DNA of 64,000 bases from Candidatus Gastranaerophilales bacterium (GTDB lineage: Bacteria; Cyanobacteriota; Vampirovibrionia; Gastranaerophilales; JAILCC01): NCBI GenBank assembly GCA_045598245.1, contig JAZLLQ010000031.1:5532-69531 (forward strand), given 5' to 3'. The position numbers and the translations under genes were made by a program. The notes under the pieces are model-generated. The model saw nothing but the letters and a program-made list of their open reading frames with translations, had not been told where the DNA came from and searched no databases. Of this stretch, positions 28,680-37,342 are shown piece by piece; positions within the stretch are counted from its first letter, which is position 1, and the number at the start of each line of letters is the position of its first letter.

Positions 28680-28710
28680 CAAGCGAGCAGTCTTTAAGCC
28701 TGCTCGCTTG
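28680..28710 (-). terminator. stem-loop terminator downstream of the autotransporter gene
   Basis: CAAGCGAGCAG (28680-28690) and CTGCTCGCTTG (28700-28710) form a perfect 11-bp GC-rich inverted repeat with a 9-nt loop, 20 nt after the stop. The trailing U-tract is only moderate. Confidence 0.6.
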
Positions 28711-28729
28711 GTATTTAAAACAACTAAGA

Positions 28730-31700
28730 TTAGAACTTGAATACTAAGCCACCTTGGAAAGAAATACCGGTTCTTCCGCCGTTTCTCATAACAGCTTCCA
28801 CGTGACCCATGAAACGTTCACCCATGTTCTTTCTTAAACCAACACCGTATTCAACGTATGAACGAAGTCCCATATCTTCCAAATCAATCGCATCATTTAC
28901 ATTAGCAACTGTCTTTGCAATAATTGGCCAAGTGTAATCAAATAATACGTACGGTTGCCATCCTCTGTAATTACCGACAATTTTGAATCCCGGAGCAACT
29001 TGAATGGTGTTCGTTCCTTTCATGTTAACTTCTTCTCCGAGAGTATTATGTCTATGAACACCGGTAATATAAATGTAAGAAGTTGTTAACATAGGTTGGA
29101 ATAACCAATGTTTACCCATTCCTACGTTGTAACCGACTCTCGCAGCAGCACCAATATCAAATAGTCCGTAGTTCATACTTCTCGCTAATTGACTGTCATC
29201 CTGACTATCAACATTAGTACCGCCCATCATTACAACACCACCTGCGAAGAAGTTGTTATGATACAAGTTAGCCATGTAACCACCTGAACCACCGTTTTGG
29301 TAATTTTGGAAACTGTCATAGTCTTGGAACGAACCTTGATAACCGCCAAATACCGTGTTAATTAAATCCCAACCGTTCTTCATCGTAGCGACAGGTGCTT
29401 CATAACCGATAAATGCGTTATATGCTCTGTTTTTATAACCATCTTGACCGGACGGACTAATATTTTCAATTGTTGCATTAGCTTTTACCCAAGTACAACC
29501 GCCATCTTCCTGATTAACATACGGAGTGTAACGGTTATCTATCTTTCTGTCATCAAGAACATCAGGATCTGCAGCATACAAGTTATTTCTTTGAACTTTG
29601 TGGAAATATCTCGTTTCCGCAATTTCGTCAACTCTGTGAAGAATATCGCTATATAAATCCAATTGACCCGCCAAACGAGCATTAACAGCAACTTGAGGAT
29701 TATATACTATATCCTGATGTGATATTAACAATCCGTTAGGTTTACCTGTTTGAGAGAAACCTTTAACTTCATATTGGTCAATTCTATCACCTTTAATATA
29801 TTTTACTTCAGATTCAACTTCGACTTTATTCTTATCGTCAGGTTGGTCTACAATCTTAAAGAATACTTCTTCTTTACTTGTATCCCCTGTATTTTTAATA
29901 CTTGTAACGTTAATAAAACCAGAAGTTGAGTTTTTAAGTTTGAAACTATCAGCTACTTCCTTAGACAAATCCATATCAATAGTCAGCTTAGCAGGATTAG
30001 ATCGACTTGTACCGCTCAAATCTAAAGTTTTTGCCTGAATCTGTCTGACTATACCGTTATCCAAGTGCATAGTAGAACCGCCATTGAGTCTATAATCAAC
30101 ATTATCAAAAGGAACAGAGTTTTTATTTGTAAAATATGCATTACCGCTATTCAAATTGAACATTCCGTTAAATCCGGCAGCGTTATTTACGTTATAATAT
30201 ACATCACCATCTTGTTTAATTTCGTTATTATTACCGGTACTTTCGATTTTGTTATTGAAATTAATTTTTCCACCTGCAGAGGTAGTTAAATTAATTACGT
30301 TATTATCGTTTGCGGCAGCTATTTTGTCTTTAAAATCAATTTGACCGCCTTTGGCATTCAGATTCAAAACAGCATCGCCATCTAAGAAAATAGCGTTGTT
30401 TTCACCGCCGTTATGAACGTGCTCGCCTGTAGCATCATCAATAATATGTCCGCAGAATCCATCCACATGCTGACCTGCACCAGGAGTTCCGGTCAAATAT
30501 TCTGCACCTTGAGCATTACCTTCAAATGTACCCTTTTTGGAAACAGTCAAATTAACAACAGATTGCTTTGTATCCGAACCTTTTGCGTAGATAGCACCAC
30601 CTTTGCCTCCGGCGATGTTACCTCTGAATGTAACATCATTACCTTCTATTGTAACAGTACTTTCAACAGCTGAAACAGCACCACCATTACCTGTTGCTAT
30701 GTTACCCAAAATTTTACCGGGGTATGGCTCAAACGGTTCTTTGCCTTCATAAGTATCGCCGTATAAAATTGTTTTTCCTTTAACCGTTAAATCATTATTT
30801 ACGGAAGCATGCGCACCGCCGTTTCCAAATGCTTCGTTAGCCTTGAATTCAACAGTACTGTTTTCTGAACCTATAAGAACAGTCGCATCTTCGTTATATA
30901 TAGCACCACCGTGTGAAGGAGTAACCGCATTACCTGCTACGTTTCTCCAAATATTAACATTAACATCACCTTCGCCTACACCAATCTCAGTTTTTGCACC
31001 ATTTCTGTTGGACAAACCACCGCCGTTTCCTGTCGAACGGTTTTGAATAAGTGAATAATCACCATCAATTAAGAAGTTAGCACCTGAGTTATATACCGCA
31101 CCGCCTTCAGCAGAAGCAATGTTATTATTCATATATGACGCACCGGTTGTATCTTGTTTTTCACCGGATGTACCAGGGATTTCAAACCCTGAAATCTTTT
31201 GAGCATGGAATGTAGCGCCATTAGTAATATACAAAGCACCACCGTTTGCACCTGATACGTTATCTGTGAATGATACACCATCATCAACATCAGTACTATC
31301 CGTCATAATAGACCTTGTATTTACTACGGAATTAGGTCCATCAATATACACCGCGCCACCATCACCTGTAGATTCATTCTGTGTGAATGCAACATCTTTA
31401 AGTACGTGAACAAGTTCAGGGTTAGTTTTATCACGCTGAAGCAAATAAGAATCAGGGTTCAAAGCATCATATCCTGCACTTGCCTTATATGCTTCAATAG
31501 GATCAGCAGCACCGGGCATTGTTACACCGCGATAGTACGGGTTCAAATTAACCGTAACTGATGAAACATCATCCGAAATCACATGTAGAGCAGAACCTTT
31601 ACCTGTATTCATATAGTGAGTACTATCACTCAATGCATCGTTAACAGAAACACCGTTTAAGTTCAATGTTCTGTCAATACCATCAGCTGTAGAATCTACC

Positions 31701-34700
31701 ATGAAAATTTGAGCTTTTTGTGTTCCGCCTGTCTCATCTAAACCGCTGATAGATGACGTACTGCTAATTGTCAAGATGTTACCACCTTCTGCATCTGCCC
31801 TTGCCTGCATGTTAGGCTGAGCCCAAATACCGGTTTTAGCAGCGTACTGAATACCATCAGACAATTCATATTCTCTTACACCTTGTCTTGCCAAGTGTTC
31901 CAACAAAATATCTTCCGAAATCTGATAATTTGTAATCAAAACAGTATTAGGTGCATAATCATATCCTTCTATACCATTTACATAACTGTACTGAATTTGG
32001 TTAGTACCATCGGATAAAATATAAGAACTTGCTTCAGTACCTGTTGTTTTAAGTACAGACGTATCACTATTGACTAACTTAACATATTTAATGTACTTAT
32101 CTTCAGTAGCGTTATAAACATTCTTGAATTGAAAATCCAAAGAATCTTGAATTTTACTTGCGACATCATCAGTCATCGTTAAAGTATCAGCAGTTTTTGA
32201 TCCACCATCATAATCCAATGACCAAGTATGCGTTTTTGTTTTGTCAGCAAATTCGACATCAGTTAATTTCAAATCTGCAATATTTTTGTTAGCTGTGTTT
32301 AAAGTAGCATCATCAGCAAGAACCAATTTGCCAATCTTTGTATTAGCACCGGTATTTTTATTATAAACAGATGCGTTATCATTAACAGTAACGGTACCAA
32401 GAGTAATGTCACCTGTACCTGACAATGTAAGAACATCACCGTTATTAAGCTCATTAGCGGCAATACTGTTAATCGTTCCGGTATCACCTGCATTAAATGT
32501 GACATTAATTTTACCTGTATCGGTAACAACAAATTGACCAACAGTTGTCTGTCCGCCTTCAGCATTTATTACAAAAGAATCAGTTGCATTGTCAATATAT
32601 ATATCCCCGAGTGAAACATTGCCGTTCGTATTTAATGTTGATGCCTGATCAACATCAGTTCCCTCAAAACCATATGCACCGTTTAGCGTTACTTCAGAAT
32701 TAGCATCAGTGTAGGTCAAATTACCATCAACAAGAACTGTACTGGAAGTATTGTTATTTAATACGTTGTTTGTACCTGCCACATCAATATGAGATTCACC
32801 CGCAGTAGCAGTTTGTAATGCAATTTCACCACCGTTGAAGTTTACTTCATTGTCACCTTGAACCTTAATTGACCTGCCAAATATAGACTTTTCGACAGGA
32901 GTAGCTTCAGAAGTATGTGCATTCAAATTCAATGTTGTAAGTTGCGCATCAGCACCACCGGGAACAGCCGGTATACCTGCTTCTAATGTCGCATCAGTAA
33001 ACATTGTGCCTGCAGTTTCTGCATAAACATCAAGAGTTTTTGCAGAAGCAACAGGTAAATTTCCTAAGTCCGAATACGTAGCTTTTATAGTGTTTGAACC
33101 TGTCAAACTAAACTCATGGTCAGTTGCCGACAAGCCTGTAACTTCTAAAATGCCATCAGATAAGGATATCGTACCAAACGAAGTTCCTGTACCTTTTTCT
33201 ACAACAATAGCACTGGGTTCTGTTCCGCTAATGGTAACACCGTTCAAAGAAATTGTTTTACCTGTTTCTGTACCGGTTTTTAAAGTAGCATTGGTTAATG
33301 AAACATTGTTAGTAGCTGTTTGCGTGATATTACCGGCATTGGCATTTAAAACAATCTCTGCTTTTTTACCGTTTGAACTTGTCACGGTAATGTTATCAAC
33401 TTTTGTACCTGCAGCAGTATTTGAATTTATAGTAGCCGAAGTATCAAAATAAGCGGTATGTCCAGGGTTTTCCCCAACAACAACATCTATAGTACCAATA
33501 TTAGCCTGATCACTATTTGAGTTAGTGTTGTTTATAGTTATCTCTGCAGTATCACTATCTGCAGCAATATTTGTATTGGTTATTGCAATTTTATAAGAAC
33601 CGCTTAAATCCAATTCACCATCTGAAATATTAATAGTCGTATTATTTATAGCGGCAGAATTAGCATTCAAATTCAAAATTGCATCACTTAAGTTTGAAGT
33701 AGTAATAGTTAATTGTTTATCTGCAACAACATCCAAAGAACCGGTTGAAACATTGAGCGTATTAACAGTCGTTCCTGCACCATATGTACTGTTGTTTTTA
33801 AAAGTATTATTTGTATCTGTTGCACTAAGAGTCCCTACTGTAACATTTCCTGCACCTGAAGCATTGACTTCGGAAACACCGTTCATTGAAATAGATGTAG
33901 CATTGACAACAGCGCCCTCACTTGCTGACATGTTTAATGTTGTTTTATCCGGCGGTGTACTTGTAGAAGTACTTTTTGTAAGACTCGCACTAAATGTTGT
34001 AGTACCTGAAGTTCCTTCTATGTTAGCAACTTTGCCATCATCAACAACAATAGTGTTATTGATTGTCGTATTAGCTAATGTCAATACATGGTTGCCATTT
34101 AAATCAACTTCGTCAATAGTAACATTACTCAAAGCACCGGCAGCATTTTCGCCCATAGAAACCTTAGTAATTTTCGTGTTTACATTAGTATTAGAATTTG
34201 TAACAACCGAACTTGAACCGTTAATTTCAAGTTCACTAATGACAATCATTCCATCAGAAGGACTGCCAGCTGTGGGAGTAGACGGTACAACCGTATCCAA
34301 ATTTAAAGAAGTATTATCCGTAAGCGAAACTTTTGCAACTGTCAAGTCAGAAGCATCAACTGCAGGAGTACCTGATGGAGTTGATACAGACAAAGTCAAA
34401 GAAGTTCTTTCATCACCGGAAGTTCCTGTACCAGCCAACAAAGTAAAAGTATCAGCAGTATTGCCTTTATTTATTGATTTAACGGAAATATCCTGAGTTG
34501 AGTTTACACTAACATTTTTGAGCTGAGAATCATCAAGAATAAAATTGACATCATTAGTATTTGAACCGTTGTTAATAGAATTATAGTTAGATGTTTTTAC
34601 ACCCTCTAAAGTTAAAGTAACATCACCTGATGATGCATTAACCACAACATCATTCATCGTAACTTTATCGGTTGAATCAGAATCAATAGTAACTGTATTT

Positions 34701-35023
34701 GCAGAGCTTACATTAACATTACCGACAACAACATCATAGACCGCATTACTAAACTGAATTTCCGCATTGTTATTAAGAGTAACAAGTCCTTCGCCACTTT
34801 TGCTCAAAGAACCTGCAGTAGCATCAATTGTAAGTATAACATCGGCATGCTCTGCATCACCAACCGTAAATGCAGAGAAAGTAGAGCCACCGGTTTCTGT
34901 ATGTAAAGTCGTATTTGTAATAACAGGTGAATCCGGTGTAATATCTCCGGCTTGTGCCCCTAAAGGCGCCAAAAAGGTTAAACAACCTGCCGCAACAAGG
35001 GCATTTAGATTTTTCGTTTTCAT
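28730..35023 (-). CDS. autotransporter (type Va) outer-membrane protein with polymorphic-membrane-protein (Pmp) repeats
   Basis: About 2097 aa. The ATG at 35023 follows GAGGAG by 9 nt. Sec signal MKTKNLNALVAAGCLTFLAPLGAQA. Thr/Asn/Ser/Val-rich beta-helix passenger. Repeated GGA(I/V/L)Y and F..N motifs (FTQNESTGDGGAVYIDG, FTDNVSGANGGALYITNG, FRGNIAGGKGGAIYAKG). C-terminal beta-barrel ending ...GISFQGGLVFKF (terminal Phe). Confidence 0.9.
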   Translation of the reverse strand: MKTKNLNALVAAGCLTFLAPLGAQAGDITPDSPVITNTTLHTETGGSTFSAFTVGDAEHADVILTIDATAGSLSKSGEGLVTLNNNAEIQFSNAVYDVVVGNVNVSSANTVTIDSDSTDKVTMNDVVVNASSGDVTLTLEGVKTSNYNSINNGSNTNDVNFILDDSQLKNVSVNSTQDISVKSINKGNTADTFTLLAGTGTSGDERTSLTLSVSTPSGTPAVDASDLTVAKVSLTDNTSLNLDTVVPSTPTAGSPSDGMIVISELEINGSSSVVTNSNTNVNTKITKVSMGENAAGALSNVTIDEVDLNGNHVLTLANTTINNTIVVDDGKVANIEGTSGTTTFSASLTKSTSTSTPPDKTTLNMSASEGAVVNATSISMNGVSEVNASGAGNVTVGTLSATDTNNTFKNNSTYGAGTTVNTLNVSTGSLDVVADKQLTITTSNLSDAILNLNANSAAINNTTINISDGELDLSGSYKIAITNTNIAADSDTAEITINNTNSNSDQANIGTIDVVVGENPGHTAYFDTSATINSNTAAGTKVDNITVTSSNGKKAEIVLNANAGNITQTATNNVSLTNATLKTGTETGKTISLNGVTISGTEPSAIVVEKGTGTSFGTISLSDGILEVTGLSATDHEFSLTGSNTIKATYSDLGNLPVASAKTLDVYAETAGTMFTDATLEAGIPAVPGGADAQLTTLNLNAHTSEATPVEKSIFGRSIKVQGDNEVNFNGGEIALQTATAGESHIDVAGTNNVLNNNTSSTVLVDGNLTYTDANSEVTLNGAYGFEGTDVDQASTLNTNGNVSLGDIYIDNATDSFVINAEGGQTTVGQFVVTDTGKINVTFNAGDTGTINSIAANELNNGDVLTLSGTGDITLGTVTVNDNASVYNKNTGANTKIGKLVLADDATLNTANKNIADLKLTDVEFADKTKTHTWSLDYDGGSKTADTLTMTDDVASKIQDSLDFQFKNVYNATEDKYIKYVKLVNSDTSVLKTTGTEASSYILSDGTNQIQYSYVNGIEGYDYAPNTVLITNYQISEDILLEHLARQGVREYELSDGIQYAAKTGIWAQPNMQARADAEGGNILTISSTSSISGLDETGGTQKAQIFMVDSTADGIDRTLNLNGVSVNDALSDSTHYMNTGKGSALHVISDDVSSVTVNLNPYYRGVTMPGAADPIEAYKASAGYDALNPDSYLLQRDKTNPELVHVLKDVAFTQNESTGDGGAVYIDGPNSVVNTRSIMTDSTDVDDGVSFTDNVSGANGGALYITNGATFHAQKISGFEIPGTSGEKQDTTGASYMNNNIASAEGGAVYNSGANFLIDGDYSLIQNRSTGNGGGLSNRNGAKTEIGVGEGDVNVNIWRNVAGNAVTPSHGGAIYNEDATVLIGSENSTVEFKANEAFGNGGAHASVNNDLTVKGKTILYGDTYEGKEPFEPYPGKILGNIATGNGGAVSAVESTVTIEGNDVTFRGNIAGGKGGAIYAKGSDTKQSVVNLTVSKKGTFEGNAQGAEYLTGTPGAGQHVDGFCGHIIDDATGEHVHNGGENNAIFLDGDAVLNLNAKGGQIDFKDKIAAANDNNVINLTTSAGGKINFNNKIESTGNNNEIKQDGDVYYNVNNAAGFNGMFNLNSGNAYFTNKNSVPFDNVDYRLNGGSTMHLDNGIVRQIQAKTLDLSGTSRSNPAKLTIDMDLSKEVADSFKLKNSTSGFINVTSIKNTGDTSKEEVFFKIVDQPDDKNKVEVESEVKYIKGDRIDQYEVKGFSQTGKPNGLLISHQDIVYNPQVAVNARLAGQLDLYSDILHRVDEIAETRYFHKVQRNNLYAADPDVLDDRKIDNRYTPYVNQEDGGCTWVKANATIENISPSGQDGYKNRAYNAFIGYEAPVATMKNGWDLINTVFGGYQGSFQDYDSFQNYQNGGSGGYMANLYHNNFFAGGVVMMGGTNVDSQDDSQLARSMNYGLFDIGAAARVGYNVGMGKHWLFQPMLTTSYIYITGVHRHNTLGEEVNMKGTNTIQVAPGFKIVGNYRGWQPYVLFDYTWPIIAKTVANVNDAIDLEDMGLRSYVEYGVGLRKNMGERFMGHVEAVMRNGGRTGISFQGGLVFKF

Positions 35024-35301
35024 GTAAATAAACTCCTCGCTCATAATAATTCTATTGTATTGACATAAATCTTATCATGAACATAAAAGCAATAGCAATA
35101 GCGGATGACGGTTTTAAAAAAATCAGACTTCTGTATTATATTTTTTTTCAACTATAAATGAGTTTTCGGGAAAGCAGAAAAAAAATTTTTTTTAATAATA
35201 AATTGTTAACAAATGCTAAGATATATACAAAATAAATATATAAAAATATTATGAAAAAAATATTAATATTTATGAAGGATATATTTTTAAATGTATAGAC
35301 A

Positions 35302-35330
35302 AGATTAATTGTTAATGTTACAATTAATCT
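35302..35330. promoter_or_regulatory. perfect 11-bp inverted repeat (operator-like palindrome or hairpin)
   Basis: AGATTAATTGT (35302-35312), 7 nt, ACAATTAATCT (35320-35330). Lies immediately 5' of the GC-enriched candidate RNA segment. Confidence 0.5.
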
Positions 35331-35575
35331 CGGAAATATTATTCGGAGTTTTTCGATTTATGCATTTCAAAATCTGTGCGATAGGTGCGATGGTGTACGG
35401 GCTAAAAAGTTTAAGCCACCCTCGAAGTATAAAATCCGGTACTAAGTCGGATACCACAGGGCAAAGTGTAACCAAGCAAGTGAAGTACGATGCGAATGGT
35501 ATTTTGGCAAATTATGGCAGAGCATTATTAGTAGAAAGCAACTTGAAGTAGAGTAGCTTTTTTTTGTGCCTTTTT
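35331..35575 (+). ncRNA. candidate structured non-coding RNA (family not recognised)
   Basis: A ~250-nt island visibly richer in G+C than the flanking ~A/T-only intergenic DNA inside a 700-nt gene-free gap. Local hairpins: 35392-35420 (GGTG..GGCTAAA / TTTAAGCC.CACC), 35434-35452 (ATCCG/CGGAT), 35455-35468 (CAC/GTG closing an AGGGCAAA loop). Tandem GTGCGAT x2 (35376-35391). Ends at AAAGC-N16-GCTTTTTTTT (35535-35565). The only ORF here (35309..35551, 80 aa) has no SD and atypical composition. Strand and ends are uncertain. Confidence 0.35.
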
Positions 35576-35677
35576 TAGCCCCAAATGACCACATAGGGAG
35601 ATTTGCAACCTAAAATATTCCGAAAGTTTTTGTAAATTTAACGTGTTCTTTGGCTCAATATAGCAATTCACACCAAT

Positions 35678-35717
35678 AAATTGTTTTTATTAATCTATGA
35701 ACATTAACTATGTTCAT
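35678..35717 (+). promoter_or_regulatory. conserved 22-nt upstream box plus 8-bp inverted repeat, copy 1
   Basis: AAATTGTTTTTATTAATCTATG (35678-35699) matches the copy at 37278-37299 in 21 of 22 positions. ATGAACAT (35697-35704) and ATGTTCAT (35710-35717) form an inverted repeat that starts at the same offset as in copy 2. The box ends 45 nt before the ATG at 35744. Confidence 0.55.
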
Positions 35718-35743
35718 GTAAGGTAATAAAGGCAAAAGGTATA

Positions 35744-37258
35744 ATGGAAGTAAAAGGCATCAAACCGCCTGACATCCCTATTGCAAAAAAACATGGGACA
35801 GATAGTTGCGGTTTTAAGGAAAAACATGCTACAACAATTCCGTTTGCACAACCTGTTTCTGTGCAGCGCGTAGACTATCCTGACTTGATTTTGTCAGGGA
35901 AAAGTCATATTGAAAAAACTTTACCATATGAAAGAAGTCAAACTGCTGTAACAACACCTGTAAAATCATCATTCATATCAAATGGCAGAAAATCTGTTTT
36001 AGGCACTCCCCCGAACTCCGGACACATATCCAAAGAAGAAATAGAACGTGCAAAAAGTTTTTTGTTTCACGCAAACGAACCTGAAATTAAACCCAAAGAA
36101 GGAAATATTTTAAAAAGATGCTATATGTACGTAGTTAACATATTTTCCAAATCAGATAATCAGCAGATAACAACCAACCACAAACAGTATAATTCTGATG
36201 CAATAAGATACGAAAAACATAAAAGCACTTTAGATAAATATTTCAAAGAAAAACACATACCGCAGGAATACTTAAGCGATGATGATTACTCCTACGCAGT
36301 AGTTATGATTGACAAACGTGCTAATGGTGAATTAACTCAGGAAGAATTTGAAGAAGAACGAATTGAATTTGAAAAATCAAAAGCACAAAGGAAAACTCAA
36401 GAAATCATACCCAAAGATGCAAAAACCTTAACACGGGAACAACAAGACGAATTAAACGAAACATTCGCAATGTTGGGAGATACTGATGCATGCTTGGTCT
36501 TTGCAACAGCAGAAGATGTTGATAATCCCGAAGAAAAAATGCTTATCTTAACAGAATTTGCATCTGAAGATATGATTGACAAACAAGGAGAAATTACGGA
36601 AGCCGTACTGGAAGTTTTACCTGAGACTTTAGAAGAAGGCTTCATTTCTATATGCGCGAAAGCAACAACTGCAATGTCTGAAAGCTCAATTAAAGAAAAA
36701 GAAAAACTATTGGAAAATGAACTCAAAATATTATCGGAGGAAGAAAAAGCACGTATAAGAGAAAAATTAGCAATACAAATGGAAGGTATAAAACTTCAAA
36801 ATGAACTTCTTGTATTAAATCATATTAAAGAAACGCAAAAATCCATAACTAAACACTATAAGGACAAAATTGAAAAAACAGAAGAAAAATACGAAGAAAT
36901 AAAAGAAGAACAACGAACTACCGAAAAAGAAAAAGAAAAACTGGAGGTAAAATTACACAAACGACAAAACAAATTAGAACAAATTGAAAAACTTATTAAA
37001 CAACTCAAAAAAGAACTTGCCACAATGCCCAAGTTTTTAAATCCGACAGCAAGAAGATTTCATTTGGCAAGAATCAATGCAGCAATACACTTAAAGGAAC
37101 ACGTAGAAGAATCTATACAAAACATTAATGCAGATATTAGAACCGCTGATATTGAAATATCAAGTGATTTAAGCATGCGCCAACAAGCCGTTCATAACAT
37201 GCAGGCGAGTTGTCGCTCTTGGATGATGTTTAATACGGCAAACTTAATTAATCAATAA
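35744..37258 (+). CDS. hypothetical Glu/Lys-rich coiled-coil protein (paralog 1)
   Basis: 504 aa. Shares a short block with the next gene (SKEEIERAKSFL vs TKEEISKARAFL). The C-terminal third is a heptad-like Lys/Glu-rich region (EKTEEKYEEIKEEQRTTEKEKEKLEVKLHKRQNKLEQIEKLIKQLKKEL). No signal peptide or TM. Confidence 0.6.
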   Translation: MEVKGIKPPDIPIAKKHGTDSCGFKEKHATTIPFAQPVSVQRVDYPDLILSGKSHIEKTLPYERSQTAVTTPVKSSFISNGRKSVLGTPPNSGHISKEEIERAKSFLFHANEPEIKPKEGNILKRCYMYVVNIFSKSDNQQITTNHKQYNSDAIRYEKHKSTLDKYFKEKHIPQEYLSDDDYSYAVVMIDKRANGELTQEEFEEERIEFEKSKAQRKTQEIIPKDAKTLTREQQDELNETFAMLGDTDACLVFATAEDVDNPEEKMLILTEFASEDMIDKQGEITEAVLEVLPETLEEGFISICAKATTAMSESSIKEKEKLLENELKILSEEEKARIREKLAIQMEGIKLQNELLVLNHIKETQKSITKHYKDKIEKTEEKYEEIKEEQRTTEKEKEKLEVKLHKRQNKLEQIEKLIKQLKKELATMPKFLNPTARRFHLARINAAIHLKEHVEESIQNINADIRTADIEISSDLSMRQQAVHNMQASCRSWMMFNTANLINQ

Positions 37259-37277
37259 TAAAGCAATTTTTACCGCC

Positions 37278-37320
37278 AAATTGTTTTTATTAATTTATGG
37301 CAATAGTATAAGCATGCCAT
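37278..37320 (+). promoter_or_regulatory. conserved 22-nt upstream box plus 6-bp inverted repeat, copy 2
   Basis: AAATTGTTTTTATTAATTTATG (37278-37299). ATGGCA (37297-37302) and TGCCAT (37315-37320) form an inverted repeat at the same offset as copy 1 but with a different sequence. The box ends 44 nt before the ATG at 37343. Confidence 0.55.
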
Positions 37321-37342
37321 GAAAAGGAAAGAGAAATCAGTA

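Noticed and set aside
29444-35027. Many plus-strand ORFs (up to 247 aa, e.g. 33753..34496, 33090..33452, 34767..35027) antisense to the autotransporter gene.
   Set aside because: They lie entirely inside a 6.3-kb minus-strand gene with clear signal peptide, Pmp repeats and beta-barrel. Their translations are low-complexity Val/Ser/Thr/Pro strings mirroring the Thr/Asn/Val-rich sense frame. No SDs were seen. They are shadow ORFs.
35455-35500. CACAGGGCAAAG... resembles the start of the c-di-GMP-I (GEMM-I, Vc2-like CACAGGGCAAAC) riboswitch.
   Set aside because: Only about 11 nt match from memory. I could not find the second GNRA/receptor helix or the ACGCAAAGC-type element, and the flanking pairing does not reproduce P1/P2. 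It needs Infernal and is not claimed.
35309-35551. 80-aa ORF in the autotransporter/coiled-coil intergenic gap.
   Set aside because: It has no Shine-Dalgarno. Its composition (Gly/Ser/Thr/Cys-containing, few Lys/Asn/Ile) is unlike the rest of the proteome. It coincides with a GC-enriched segment containing hairpins. It is better explained as a structured RNA or regulatory region, though a small protein cannot be fully excluded.
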